Assembly (NCBI GenBank): GCA_902490065.1
Contig: CABUCL010000006.1
Coordinates: 11,446 to 75,445, forward strand
Reading direction: 5' to 3'
DNA: 64,000 bases
Source of the DNA: an uncultured Collinsella sp.
GTDB taxonomy: Bacteria; Actinomycetota; Coriobacteriia; Coriobacteriales; Coriobacteriaceae
Within the stretch, counting starts at the first letter, position 1, and each line of letters starts with the position of its first letter. Position numbers and translations under genes: made by a program. Under the pieces are notes generated by a model. It was not told where the DNA came from, did no database searches, and saw only the letters and a list, made by a program, of their open reading frames with translations. Positions 1-9,536 of the stretch are shown piece after piece.

Positions 1-653
1 TTGGAGCACACCGTCAGTCCCGCCCGACGGAACAGCGGCGTAATCTCGTCATCGGTGCCGCGTTCTAGCAGAATAAACTGCTCGTTGGCTAAATCGGCAA
101 GAGAAACGACCTCCGCCGTGGCAAGCAAAGAGTCTGCCGGTACTACCGCCATCAACTCGTCGCGCACCAAAGACCACGATGCCATGCCGTTTTCTCGGGG
201 CTCACGCGGGATAAAGCCCAGGTCACAACGACCCTCAGCCACCCATTGTTCAATCTCTGAGTAATCGCCCATCAGCAGCTCGTAATCGACATCCGGATGA
301 TCGGCGCGAAAGCGCGCGATCACCGGCGGCAGTACATGAGTCGCCACACTCGAAAACGTACCGATACAGATCTTGCCGCGCATGAGCCCTCGCATCTCGT
401 CCACGCGTCGCTGCAGGCGGCCAAACTCTTCGCATAACGCCTCGACTGCCGGCATGACCTGCCGCCCGTCGGCAGAAAGCACCACGCCCTCGCGGCTGCG
501 ATCAAGCACCTTAAAACCCCAGTCTGCCTCAAGGTCGCCCACCATGCGGCTCACGCCCGACTGCGAATAGCTCAGCCGCTCTGCAGCACGCGTAAAGCTG
601 CCGGCACGCACCGTCTCGAGCAGCACTTGCATCTTTTGGATATTGGTCTCCAT
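1..653 (-). CDS. LysR-family transcriptional regulator (3' end truncated by window edge)
   Basis: Read manually from the reverse complement at 653: METNIQKMQVLLETVRAGSFTRAAERLSYSQSGVSRMV, a typical LysR HTH. Divergent from an EamA gene. Absent from the ORF track because the stop lies outside the window. Confidence 0.9.
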   Translation of the reverse strand, partial: METNIQKMQVLLETVRAGSFTRAAERLSYSQSGVSRMVGDLEADWGFKVLDRSREGVVLSADGRQVMPAVEALCEEFGRLQRRVDEMRGLMRGKICIGTFSSVATHVLPPVIARFRADHPDVDYELLMGDYSEIEQWVAEGRCDLGFIPREPRENGMASWSLVRDELMAVVPADSLLATAEVVSLADLANEQFILLERGTDDEITPLFRRAGLTVCS

Positions 654-672
654 GGCACGTCCCCACCCTTGT

Positions 673-687
673 ATGAGTTTTTGTCAT
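673..687. promoter_or_regulatory. Putative LysR recognition box
   Basis: ATGA-N7-TCAT dyad (fits T-N11-A) between the divergent LysR and EamA genes. Confidence 0.5.
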
Positions 688-771
688 GTTTTCCATGCAT
701 TATATTCGCTTTTCTTCTAAATCCAGTTCACCCATAGTGAACATGCTCGGATATAGAGGGGATGGAAGCGC

Positions 772-1683
772 ATGAACAACGGACTGTTTACGTACTTAGC
801 AGCATTGCTATTGTTTGGCTCCAACGGCATCATCGCCGCTGCCATCGCGCTGCCGAGCTCCGATATCGTGCTGCTACGCACGTTTTTGGGCGCTCTCTCG
901 CTTGTCACTATCCTCGCCATCACCCAACACCATAAGTTGCAGGCGCCATCTCGTCCCCGCGAAGCCGCGGCCCTCCTCCTCTCGGGAGCTGCGCTGGGCG
1001 CCAGCTGGATTTTTCTGTTCCGCGCCTACCAGACGATCGGCGTCGGCGTATCCTCGCTGCTGTACTACTGCGGCCCCATCATTGTCATGGCGCTCTCCCC
1101 GCTCATCTTTGGCGAAAAGCTGACCGGCGGCAAAATCGCCGGCTTTGTCGCCGTTGCTTGCGGTGCTTTTCTCATTGCAGCGCAAGGTCTAGGCGGCAAT
1201 ATGCCCATTGCGGGCATCGTCTGTGGAATCGCCTCGGCCTTCTGCTATGCATTGATGGTCATCGCCAGCAAGGGTGCGCCGCACATCGAGGGCCTCGAGA
1301 ACTCCGCGCTCCAGGTGAGCGCCGCCTTTGTGACCGCACTGGTCCTCACGCTCATCACGCAGGGCGCTCCCTCGTTCCTGTCCGCCGGCGTCGCCGCCAG
1401 TATTGATTGGCACGCCGTCGCTATGCTCGGCGTCGTCAACACCGGCATTGGTTGCCTGCTCTACTTTAGCGCCGTCGCCAAGCTGCCCGTCCAGACCGTC
1501 GCCGTCGTCGGCTACCTCGAGCCGCTTTCGGCGGTCGTGTTCTCGGCCGCCCTTTTGGGTGAAGCCATAACACCGGTCCGCCTGCTGGGCGCCGCGCTTA
1601 TCATCGGCGGCGCGATTTTTTGCGAACTCGCCGGCAAACGCGCAAACGCCAAGGCTGGCATCGCCCAGACAGTACGTGCTTAA
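772..1683 (+). CDS. DMT/EamA-family transporter
   Basis: About 10 hydrophobic segments in two EamA repeats; YLEPLSAVVFS motif. Confidence 0.9.
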   Translation: MNNGLFTYLAALLLFGSNGIIAAAIALPSSDIVLLRTFLGALSLVTILAITQHHKLQAPSRPREAAALLLSGAALGASWIFLFRAYQTIGVGVSSLLYYCGPIIVMALSPLIFGEKLTGGKIAGFVAVACGAFLIAAQGLGGNMPIAGIVCGIASAFCYALMVIASKGAPHIEGLENSALQVSAAFVTALVLTLITQGAPSFLSAGVAASIDWHAVAMLGVVNTGIGCLLYFSAVAKLPVQTVAVVGYLEPLSAVVFSAALLGEAITPVRLLGAALIIGGAIFCELAGKRANAKAGIAQTVRA

Positions 1684-1799
1684 AAAGCCCCTGCTTTGAA
1701 ATGCTACCTGCGTAGATAAATAATCCCCAGCTGAGGATTATTGTCTAAAATAACCCGATGTGCCAAACTGCTCTTGTATGTATAAAGACGGCATAAAGA

Positions 1800-1820
1800 T
1801 TATCTGTCCTAGACAGATAA
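1800..1820. promoter_or_regulatory. Perfect inverted repeat upstream of kup (possible operator or leader hairpin)
   Basis: TTATCTGTC-CTA-GACAGATAA just upstream of the RBS. Confidence 0.35.
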
Positions 1821-1842
1821 CCGGATGTCAAAGGGAGTCCAC

Positions 1843-4074
1843 GTGGCACACAACAAACTGGAGGCAAGCCCCCAAGACCAGCGTGGTCAAGGCGGGCACG
1901 GAGCCATCCCCCTCTCCGCTGGCATGCTGCTCGTAACGCTCGGCGTCGTCTATGGCGACATCGGCACGAGCCCCATGTACACCATGAAATCAATCGTCGC
2001 CAACAACGGCGGCATCGGTACCGTCAGCGAAGACATGATCTTGGGAGCGCTTTCGCTTGTCATCTGGACCATGACGCTCGTGACCACGGTCAAGTACGTG
2101 GTTATCGCCATGAAGGCCGATAACCACAACGAGGGCGGCATCTTCGCCCTGTTTAGCTTGGTGCGCAAAGTGGCGCCGTGGCTGATCCTTCCCGCCATGA
2201 TCGGCGGCGCGGCGCTGCTCGCCGACGGCATCCTCACCCCCGCCGTCACGGTTACCACGGCCATCGAGGGCTTGCGCACTATCGAGTGGGGCCACGCGCT
2301 TTTGGGTGACGGCCAGACCAACGTAATCATCATCACCATCATCATTATCTGCGGCCTGTTTGCCATGCAGCGCGCCGGTACCTCGTCGATCGGCAAGCTG
2401 TTCGGCCCGCTCATGACGCTGTGGTTCCTGTTCCTGGCAGGCGCCGGCCTGTTCAACATGCTCGGCAACCTGTCCATCTTGCGTGCGCTCAACCCCATCC
2501 GCGGCATCATGTTCCTGTTCTCGCCCATCAACCACTCGGGCATTATGGTGCTCGGCTTTGTCTTTCTGTCGACGACCGGCGCCGAGGCCCTCTACTCGGA
2601 CATGGGCCACGTTGGCAAGGCAAACATCTATGCATCCTGGCCGTTTGTTAAGGCGGCCCTTATCCTCAACTACCTGGGTCAGGGCGCTTGGCTGCTCGCC
2701 AATAACTCCAACCCCCAGATGCTCGCGATGGATATCGTCAACCCGTTCTACATGATGCTTCCCGAGCCCCTGCGCCCCTTTGCCATCGTGCTTTCGGCCG
2801 TAGCGGCCATCATCGCCTCGCAGGCGCTCATCACCGGCTCGTTCTCGCTGGTATCCGAGGCAACCCGTCTCAATCTCATGCCGCACCTGCGCATCCACTA
2901 CCCCAGCGACACCAAGGGCCAGCTCTATATTCCGCTCGTCAACAACATCATGTGGGTCGGCTGCATCTTCATCGTGCTGCTGTTCCAGAACTCCGAGCGC
3001 ATGGAGAGCGCCTACGGCCTCGCCATCACCGTGACCATGCTCATGACCACGACGCTTTTGACGAGCTATATCGCCGGCATCCTCAAGCACAAACTGGGTG
3101 CCTGCGTCTTCGCACTGCTCTTTGGCGCCATTGAGCTGTGCTTCTTTGCCTCGTGCCTCACCATGTTCTTTGACGGCGGCTATGTCATGATCTTCTTGGC
3201 CGCGCTGCTGTTTGGCCTTATGTACGTGTGGCGCCGCGGCACCGCCATCGAGCGCACGCAGACCATCCTGCTGCCCGTCTCCAAGTACATTGACCAGCTC
3301 GACCGCCTGCGCAACGACGAGACCTATCCCGTGCTTGCCGACAACCTGGTGTTCCTCACCAACAGCCCCGACCCGCTCACGCTCGACCGCGATGTGCTCT
3401 ATTCCATCTTGGATAAGCATCCCAAGCGCGCCAAGGCATACTGGTTCATCAACGTGTACGTTACCGATGAGCCCTATACGCACGAGTATTCCGTCGAGAC
3501 CTTTGGCACGGACTTCCTGTTCCGCGTGCGCCTGGACCTGGGCTTTAAGGTCAACCAGCGCATCAATGCCTACCTGCGCCAGATCGTTGGCGACCTGATG
3601 GCATCGGGTGAGCTGCCGCCGCAGCATCACACCTACTCCATCTACGAGACACGCGGCAACGTGGGCGACTTCCGTTTTTGCATGCTGCGCAAGATGCTCG
3701 CCCCCGAAACGGACATCAACCGCAACGACCACCGCGTGATGGCCATCAAGTACGCCGTCCGCCGCGCCTGCGGAAGCCCGGCACGCTGGTACGGTCTAGA
3801 GAACTCGGCCATCATCATCGAGTACGTGCCCCTCTTTGCCCGCATGCGCCCGGCAGTCAAACTCGTGCGCACCCAGGTGCCGCTCGAAGTTCAGATCGAG
3901 GAAGCCGAGGAAATGGAAGTCGACATCTTCTCGGACGACTTGGTCAACGGCAACGAGGCCGGTAGAAACATGAACGTCGATCCCACCGAGCTGCTCGAGA
4001 GCGTCGCCGATACGCCCGAACAGCAACAGCTCGACGGCCTCGAGAGCGAACAACTCAACGACGTCAACTTCTAG
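1843..4074 (+). CDS. kup: KUP/HAK/KT potassium transporter
   Basis: GVVYGDIGTSPMY, GEGG-like NEGGIFAL and GAEALYSDMGH signatures; GTG start after AAGGGAG (ORF track starts at 1825). Confidence 0.95.
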   Translation: MAHNKLEASPQDQRGQGGHGAIPLSAGMLLVTLGVVYGDIGTSPMYTMKSIVANNGGIGTVSEDMILGALSLVIWTMTLVTTVKYVVIAMKADNHNEGGIFALFSLVRKVAPWLILPAMIGGAALLADGILTPAVTVTTAIEGLRTIEWGHALLGDGQTNVIIITIIIICGLFAMQRAGTSSIGKLFGPLMTLWFLFLAGAGLFNMLGNLSILRALNPIRGIMFLFSPINHSGIMVLGFVFLSTTGAEALYSDMGHVGKANIYASWPFVKAALILNYLGQGAWLLANNSNPQMLAMDIVNPFYMMLPEPLRPFAIVLSAVAAIIASQALITGSFSLVSEATRLNLMPHLRIHYPSDTKGQLYIPLVNNIMWVGCIFIVLLFQNSERMESAYGLAITVTMLMTTTLLTSYIAGILKHKLGACVFALLFGAIELCFFASCLTMFFDGGYVMIFLAALLFGLMYVWRRGTAIERTQTILLPVSKYIDQLDRLRNDETYPVLADNLVFLTNSPDPLTLDRDVLYSILDKHPKRAKAYWFINVYVTDEPYTHEYSVETFGTDFLFRVRLDLGFKVNQRINAYLRQIVGDLMASGELPPQHHTYSIYETRGNVGDFRFCMLRKMLAPETDINRNDHRVMAIKYAVRRACGSPARWYGLENSAIIIEYVPLFARMRPAVKLVRTQVPLEVQIEEAEEMEVDIFSDDLVNGNEAGRNMNVDPTELLESVADTPEQQQLDGLESEQLNDVNF

Positions 4075-4094
4075 TGACGTCACAAATCAACGAC

Positions 4095-4132
4095 AGCGGC
4101 CCTGCACCTCACGAGAGACGCAGGGCCGCTTT
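4095..4132. terminator. Intrinsic terminator between convergent kup and bsh
   Basis: AGCGGCCCTGC...GCAGGGCCGCT stem followed by TT. Confidence 0.65.
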
Positions 4133-4153
4133 GCATTGCAGTAAAGCTAGCGG

Positions 4154-5119
4154 CTACGAACGGCGCGGCTCGGGAACCACGAGCCTATCGGAGCTCGCGC
4201 CCTCGGCATCCATCAGGCTCACGTAGCGAATCGACGGATCCCCATACATCGCGTAGTAATAATTGCCCGTGCGCGCGCTAAAGCATCCGGTGTAGATAGT
4301 CTTCTCGAACTTGCCATCGCCCATCCTGGACGCTCCCTCGATCATCACCACGCCCTCGAGCGAGCGGAACATGCGAACGACGTTTTCGGTCTCGCTCTCC
4401 TTTTGAGGGTAATTGGCATTGAGGTACGCCGCCTTTACAAAACGGCTCGGCGAATAGCAATCGCCCGGAATGCCGCGCATGCCGGCACCGGCTCCATAGG
4501 GCTTAAGCTCGGCGCCACGCCATGTCGCCGTCTGCGGAAAATCGCTTGTGGCGGTGATATAGGTGCGGAGGTTTTCCATGTGCCACGGGAAGGTGGGCTG
4601 ATTGGCGAGGGTGTCGACCGGATCGCCGTATACATGCAGGCCGTCAGCCATCATCTCGACCACGATGCTACGCTGGCTGTCGCCGATAATCCAATGGAGC
4701 AGCGACACGCCCAGCCCCTCTCCGGCAGATTTGGCGACAATCACCGTATCGCGCAGCGCAGCCTCGACCTCATCGACCGTCGAGAACGTCGCTGCCACCC
4801 ACAGGGGAAACTCATAGGCCGCGATATTGGTCTTGCCGTCGACAGGGTCCTCGGCATACTCGGCATAACCCGGGAAATTGAGACCCGCCACGGCAAGGCC
4901 TGCATCGTTGCCGCAATCGAAGAACATAGGGTAGTTCTTGTAATCGATGCACATACCGATCACCGCGTGTGCCGCTGTCGCGTCGTCGATAAACGAATAC
5001 GGAATGTGAAACCCGCGCGGCATCACGCGAACCTGTTGGCCGTAGTCAAAGCTCCAGTCGAGATTGCGGCCCAGATACATGTGGCCAGAATTATCGGTAA
5101 ATCGAATACTCGTACACAT
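4154..5119 (-). CDS. bsh: Choloylglycine hydrolase (bile salt hydrolase/penicillin V acylase family)
   Basis: N-terminal MCTSI (catalytic Cys2), GRNLDW, and LAVAGLNFPG and SPSRF motifs; GGAGG-type RBS before the ATG at 5119. Confidence 0.88.
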   Translation of the reverse strand: MCTSIRFTDNSGHMYLGRNLDWSFDYGQQVRVMPRGFHIPYSFIDDATAAHAVIGMCIDYKNYPMFFDCGNDAGLAVAGLNFPGYAEYAEDPVDGKTNIAAYEFPLWVAATFSTVDEVEAALRDTVIVAKSAGEGLGVSLLHWIIGDSQRSIVVEMMADGLHVYGDPVDTLANQPTFPWHMENLRTYITATSDFPQTATWRGAELKPYGAGAGMRGIPGDCYSPSRFVKAAYLNANYPQKESETENVVRMFRSLEGVVMIEGASRMGDGKFEKTIYTGCFSARTGNYYYAMYGDPSIRYVSLMDAEGASSDRLVVPEPRRS

Positions 5120-5261
5120 AGCGCCTCCTAGCTTTACGTTCTTGCTAATTTCATTGTCTCCAAACAAAAAGGCGCTAAACACAAAAGCCCGGACATGACA
5201 ACAATGTCACGCCCGGACCAAAAACCACATATGAACGTAATAAAGTCACCCTAACAGGTCG

Positions 5262-5370
5262 GTCTAGGGTGCCACAGTGCCACAGATCGCCCCGAACGAG
5301 GAGCGCCGCGTACTAATGGTACGCAAGCGACGAGTGAGCGGCGAGGTGTGGTGCTGTGGTCACCCTAGAC
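5262..5370. repeat. ~109-bp palindromic MITE/REP-like element
   Basis: Terminal IR GTCTAGGGTG/CACCCTAGAC, internal CCACAGTGCCACA/TGTGGTGCTGTGG arm and central GCGTAC-N5-GTACGC hairpin. Confidence 0.6.
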
Positions 5371-5784
5371 AAGCTTGCCTAGACAGTGGTCGATCATATG
5401 CTGGATCATCTGCGCCTCGAAGCCCACAAAGTCCTGCTTGCGCTCGCGCATCTTGCCGTCGACGATCACGTCATAAGCGACCTTGCACTTGATATAGCGC
5501 GTGGACTTGGTGACCTCCTCGTGCGTCAGGCAGCTCTCCTCCATCTTGCTGGCACCCAGGCCAAACACCAGACGGGGGTTGTAGAGCACGTGGGGCTCGC
5601 CGGCGTCGTCCAGGTAGACGCAGACCTTCTTGGTGACGCCGATCTGGTTGGCGGCCAAGCAGCCGGCATCATCGAGCGACTTGATGGTATCGATCAGGTC
5701 CTGTGCCACCGACTCGTCCTCGACGGTCGCAACCTCGCAACGCTGGGACAGAATAGCCTCGTCGTGGCAGAGCTCTTTAATCAT
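5365..5784 (-). CDS. Peptide deformylase-like protein (HExxH degenerate)
   Basis: LAANQIG, EESCLT and QHMIDH correspond to the three PDF motifs; start taken after GGAGG (ORF track start 5796). Confidence 0.8.
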   Translation of the reverse strand: MIKELCHDEAILSQRCEVATVEDESVAQDLIDTIKSLDDAGCLAANQIGVTKKVCVYLDDAGEPHVLYNPRLVFGLGASKMEESCLTHEEVTKSTRYIKCKVAYDVIVDGKMRERKQDFVGFEAQMIQHMIDHCLGKLV

Positions 5785-5977
5785 ACGTTCCTCCATAGGG
5801 GTCGTTGTAACTGCTTAAGTATACGGTACCCACACATTTTCATGCGAAAAATACCGTCTGTCTGCTACAAAGCGCCGAACATCAACATGCGAGGAACATC
5901 AGCCTTTCAAAGGCGATATAGTAGTTGAGTTCGTGTCAATCGGCCTAAACTCGGGGCCGAACAAGGAAAGGGTATGC

Positions 5978-7288
5978 ATGGACGAACTATTTCACGTCAG
6001 CGAGCGCAAGTCCACAATCGGGACCGAACTTCGCGCTGGACTGACAACGTTCCTGGCAATGGCCTACATCATTGCCGTCAACCCCGCGGTGCTCTCGGGC
6101 GCCGGCATCGATGCGGGAGCGCTCGCCTGCGCCACCTGCCTGGGCGCCGGCATCATGACCATCTGCATGGGCATCTTCGCCAACCGCCCGCTCGCCTGCG
6201 CGTCGGGCTTAGGCGTCAACGCGATGATCGCTGGAATCGCCACCACCGTCTGCGGCGGTGACTGGCACGTGGCCATGAGCGTTATCTTCCTCGAGGGTAT
6301 CGTCATCTTGCTGCTCGTGCTTTGTGGCCTGCGCGAGGCCATCATGGACGCCATCCCGGTTGTCCTGCGTCACGCCATCTCGGTGGGTCTGGGCCTGTTC
6401 ATCGCCATGATTGGCCTGTGCGATGCCGGCATTATCACCGCTGGCGCCGGTACACTCGTCGGTCTGGGCGACATCACCTCCCCCACCTTCATCGTCGGCA
6501 TCATCTCCATCCTGGTGACGGTCGCCCTCGCCTGCCGCAACGTCCCCGGCTCGCTGCTCATCGGCATCGTCGTCGCCGTCATCGCCGGTATCCCCCTAGG
6601 TGTGACCCAGGCTCCGACCGGTATCATCGCCCCGCTCGACTTCTCGAGCATCGGTGGCCCCATCGCCGACGCCGGCGGCGTGCCCGCCATCGTCAAGGTC
6701 CTTACCGACCCCGCGCTCCTCGTCATCTCGTTCTCGCTGCTCATGAGTGACTTCTTCGACACCATGGGCACCGCGATGGCCGTAGCCAAGCAGGGCGAGT
6801 TCCTCACCGACGACGGCAACGTCGAGAATATCAAGGAGATCCTAATCGTCGACTCCGCCGCCGCCGCTGTGGGCGGTTTCATGGGTGTCTCCTCCATCAC
6901 CACCTTCGTCGAGTCCACTTCTGGCGCCGCCGACGGTGGCCGCACGGGCCTCACCTCCGTCACCACCGGCGTGCTGTTCATTCTCGCCGCGTTCTTCTCC
7001 CCCATCGTCACCATCGTTTCCAGCGCCGCCACCTGCGGTGCTCTGGTCTACGTCGGCTACCTCATGATGAGCGAGGCCTCCGAGATCGACTGGTCCGACG
7101 TGTCGCAGGGTTTCCCGGCGTTCATGATTGTCGCCGGCGTGCCCTTCACCTACTCCATCTCTGCCGGCATTGGCCTAGGCTTTATCGCCTACGTGATCGT
7201 CGCGCTCTTTAAGGGCGAGGCCTCCAAGATCAAGCCGCTCATGTGGATCGCAGCTCTCGCCTTCCTCGTCTACTTCTTCGTAGCGTAA
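5978..7288 (+). CDS. NCS2/AzgA-type purine (guanine/hypoxanthine) permease
   Basis: ELRAGLTTFLAMAYIIAVNP, DFFDTMGT and ESTSGAADGGRTGLT motifs. Confidence 0.93.
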   Translation: MDELFHVSERKSTIGTELRAGLTTFLAMAYIIAVNPAVLSGAGIDAGALACATCLGAGIMTICMGIFANRPLACASGLGVNAMIAGIATTVCGGDWHVAMSVIFLEGIVILLLVLCGLREAIMDAIPVVLRHAISVGLGLFIAMIGLCDAGIITAGAGTLVGLGDITSPTFIVGIISILVTVALACRNVPGSLLIGIVVAVIAGIPLGVTQAPTGIIAPLDFSSIGGPIADAGGVPAIVKVLTDPALLVISFSLLMSDFFDTMGTAMAVAKQGEFLTDDGNVENIKEILIVDSAAAAVGGFMGVSSITTFVESTSGAADGGRTGLTSVTTGVLFILAAFFSPIVTIVSSAATCGALVYVGYLMMSEASEIDWSDVSQGFPAFMIVAGVPFTYSISAGIGLGFIAYVIVALFKGEASKIKPLMWIAALAFLVYFFVA

Positions 7289-7499
7289 CGGCATAGTCTG
7301 CTAAAACAGAACACCAAAGCGCGGAGTCGCATCGAGCGGCTCCGCGCTTTTCTTTTAAAGCCAGGCAACGCACAGACGCGCGATGTTTTGCTTCCCAAGT
7401 TTTGGACATTTTGCCCTCCAAACGGCACTACCGCCGGCTACATCCTGCAGATATGCTGGGCTTAATCGCATAGGCCCTATGAGGATGGGAGTAACCATG
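7244..7499 (+). repeat. Duplicated segment copy A: NCS2 3' end, terminator and adhesin upstream region
   Basis: Aligns with 9285-9536. Confidence 0.85.
7316..7356 (+). terminator. Intrinsic terminator after NCS2 permease
   Basis: AAAGCGCGGAG...CTCCGCGCTTT followed by a T-rich tail. Confidence 0.75.
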
Positions 7500-9262
7500 G
7501 CCGCCTTGTTCACGACCCCCAAGCGCAATGACAAAACCTCTGGAGCCCATTTTGTCGAGCCCGACGTGTGCCGTCGCACGCTGCTCGCACACGGCAGCTG
7601 GCGCCGCGTGACGCGCCGCATCGTCTGCGGCCTGGCCTGCGCGCTCACGGTGAGCTCGCTGCTCATGCCGAGCGTCTCGCTCGCGGCCAAGTGGGTCAAC
7701 GTCGGCGGCACTCAGTACAACACTGCAGCAGGCGACGAGGCCGGCACCTGGGCCTGGGACGGCGCCGACGACATGAAGCTCAACGGCTATAACGCCGGCG
7801 CGATCGAGGCAGCGGGCAAGCTCAACGTGAGCTACGAGGGCAACAACATCGTCACTAACGGCGATGGCCGCGGCATCAAGGTTAAGGATGGCGCGAACGA
7901 GAACGCCGAGCTTAATATTCAGGGCGACGCGTCCAGCACGCTCAACGTGACATCTTTTCGTGACGCCATCACTTCCGTCGGCAGCATCAACATCGACGGC
8001 GCTGGCACTGTCAACGCCACGAGCACCGAGCACGATGCCATCGATGCCGGGGGCGATGTCACCATCAAGGGCTCGGGAAACGTTAACGCCACGGGCGATT
8101 CGGATGGCATCAGGGCCGACGGCAACATCACGATCGACAACAGCGGAACCGTCACCGCCAAGGCCACCGAGGATCAGGGTATCGATGCTAACGAGAACCT
8201 CATCATAAAGGGCGGCGGCAAGGTAGAGGCAAGCTCTATCAAAGACAATGCGATTTGGGCCGACGGCAACATCGAGATCTCGGGTGGCAGCCAGGTCAAG
8301 GCAAGCTCCGAGGAAGACGCCGCCATCGACGGTAAAAACAGCCTCACGGTCACGAACGCTTCCCTCAACGCAAGTGGCGTTGGGTATGGCATCTATGTCT
8401 ACAAGGGCATCACGTTCGATGGCGCAACCGTAACGGTCCGTGCAAGCGCAGGGAACGATGAAGCCAGCGCCCTCTTCACCGACGAGGACGACATCGTCAT
8501 CAAGAACGGCTCGATCGTGGATGCGTTCGCAGAAGGCCAGTTCTCGACCGCAATCTCCACCAGAAACTACTACCCCAACGAAGCGGGTGGTCACATCTAC
8601 ATTAGTGACTCCGTTGTCAAGGCTATAGCCCGCTATGTCGAGTCCGGTAGCGACGGCCCCGATCACTACAGCAACGACCAAAGCGGCGCGGTCATTCCCG
8701 AGCATAGGGGCGTGAACATCGGCATCTTTGCCCGGACCAAGGAGGGCATCACGCCCGCGACCATCTCGATTGTCCGCAGTAAGGTCACAGCTGAGGGAGA
8801 CACGGCGGCAATCTTCGCCCTTGCCGTGAGCGCGGACGGCGAGACAATCGGCACCATCGAGATCGAAGGCGCTCCCATCCAGACGCCCACAGGCGGCAAG
8901 ATCATTGGCTATCGCAACAAGGAAGAACTCGATGACGGCATCTTCTACGTGGTGGGTCAAACCATCGGCACGGGCGACGCTGTGATCGACTCCCCCTATA
9001 ACGAAGCCGTCGCCAAGAGCACGGTCATCGCGCCTCCCGAGGAGATCAAACCCGAGGAGAAGCCAGGCGAGACCAAGCCCGAGGGTTCCAAGTCCGAGGG
9101 CACGAAGACGACCAAGACCGTTGCAGTTGCAGCCACGGGAGCCAAGATCGCCGGCAAACTCGCAGCAACCGGCGACGCCTCGAGCGCAGCCATCGTGGCA
9201 GCCGCCCTTGCGGAACAGCCGCCATCGCCGCGGGCGCCGTGGTGAGCCGCAAGCGCTCGTAA
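7497..9262 (+). CDS. Sortase-anchored beta-helix surface protein (Cthe_2159-like carbohydrate-binding domain), copy 1, with a 1-nt frameshift in the anchor
   Basis: Signal peptide ending SVSLA|A, repeated DAIxAxGxxTIxGxGxVxA units, PEEKP linker and LAATG motif. The frame as sequenced stops at 9245; restoring one G near 9212 gives LAGTAAIAAGAVVSRKRS* ending at 9262. Confidence 0.75.
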
Positions 9263-9284
9263 ACACTTTTTCGCACGGGACGGG

Positions 9285-9536
9285 TGGATCGCGGCCCTTG
9301 CCTTCCTCGTCTACTTCTTCGTAGCGTAAGGGCAAGGCTGCAAAAGCTGAACAATAAAGCGCGGAGTCGCCATGCGGCCCCGCGCTTTTCTTTTAGCGCC
9401 GGTCCCTGCGCCGGCGTGCGGCCTATTTCTCCCCAATTTTGGCCATTTTGCCCTCCAAACGGCACTACCGCCGGCAACATCCAGCAGATACGCTGAATCT
9501 AGTCGTATAGGCCCTATGAGAACGGGAGCAACCATG
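9285..9536 (+). repeat. Duplicated segment copy B: NCS2 3'-end remnant (WIAALAFLVYFFVA*), terminator and adhesin upstream region
   Basis: 9285-9329 matches 7244-7288 with three third-position changes; terminator at 9356-9394; upstream block TTTTGCCCTCCAAACGGCACTACCGCCGGC is shared. Confidence 0.85.

Noticed and set aside
1684..1842. c-di-AMP (ydaO) riboswitch upstream of kup
   Set aside because: The conserved ydaO sequence blocks are not recognisable; only two short dyads are present.
1990..3732. Long antisense ORFs (also 7428-9335, 13590-14834, 25645-26982, 46587-47906, 59392-60786)
   Set aside because: They mirror well-supported genes on the opposite strand, lack recognisable motifs, and are expected from high-GC codon bias.
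5797..5977. Purine riboswitch or PurR box upstream of the NCS2 permease
   Set aside because: No purine-aptamer core seen; the CCGAACA matches are too short to support a call.
7330..7496. Invertible promoter for the adhesin genes driven by the resolvase
   Set aside because: No flanking inverted repeats found, and both upstream copies are in the same orientation.
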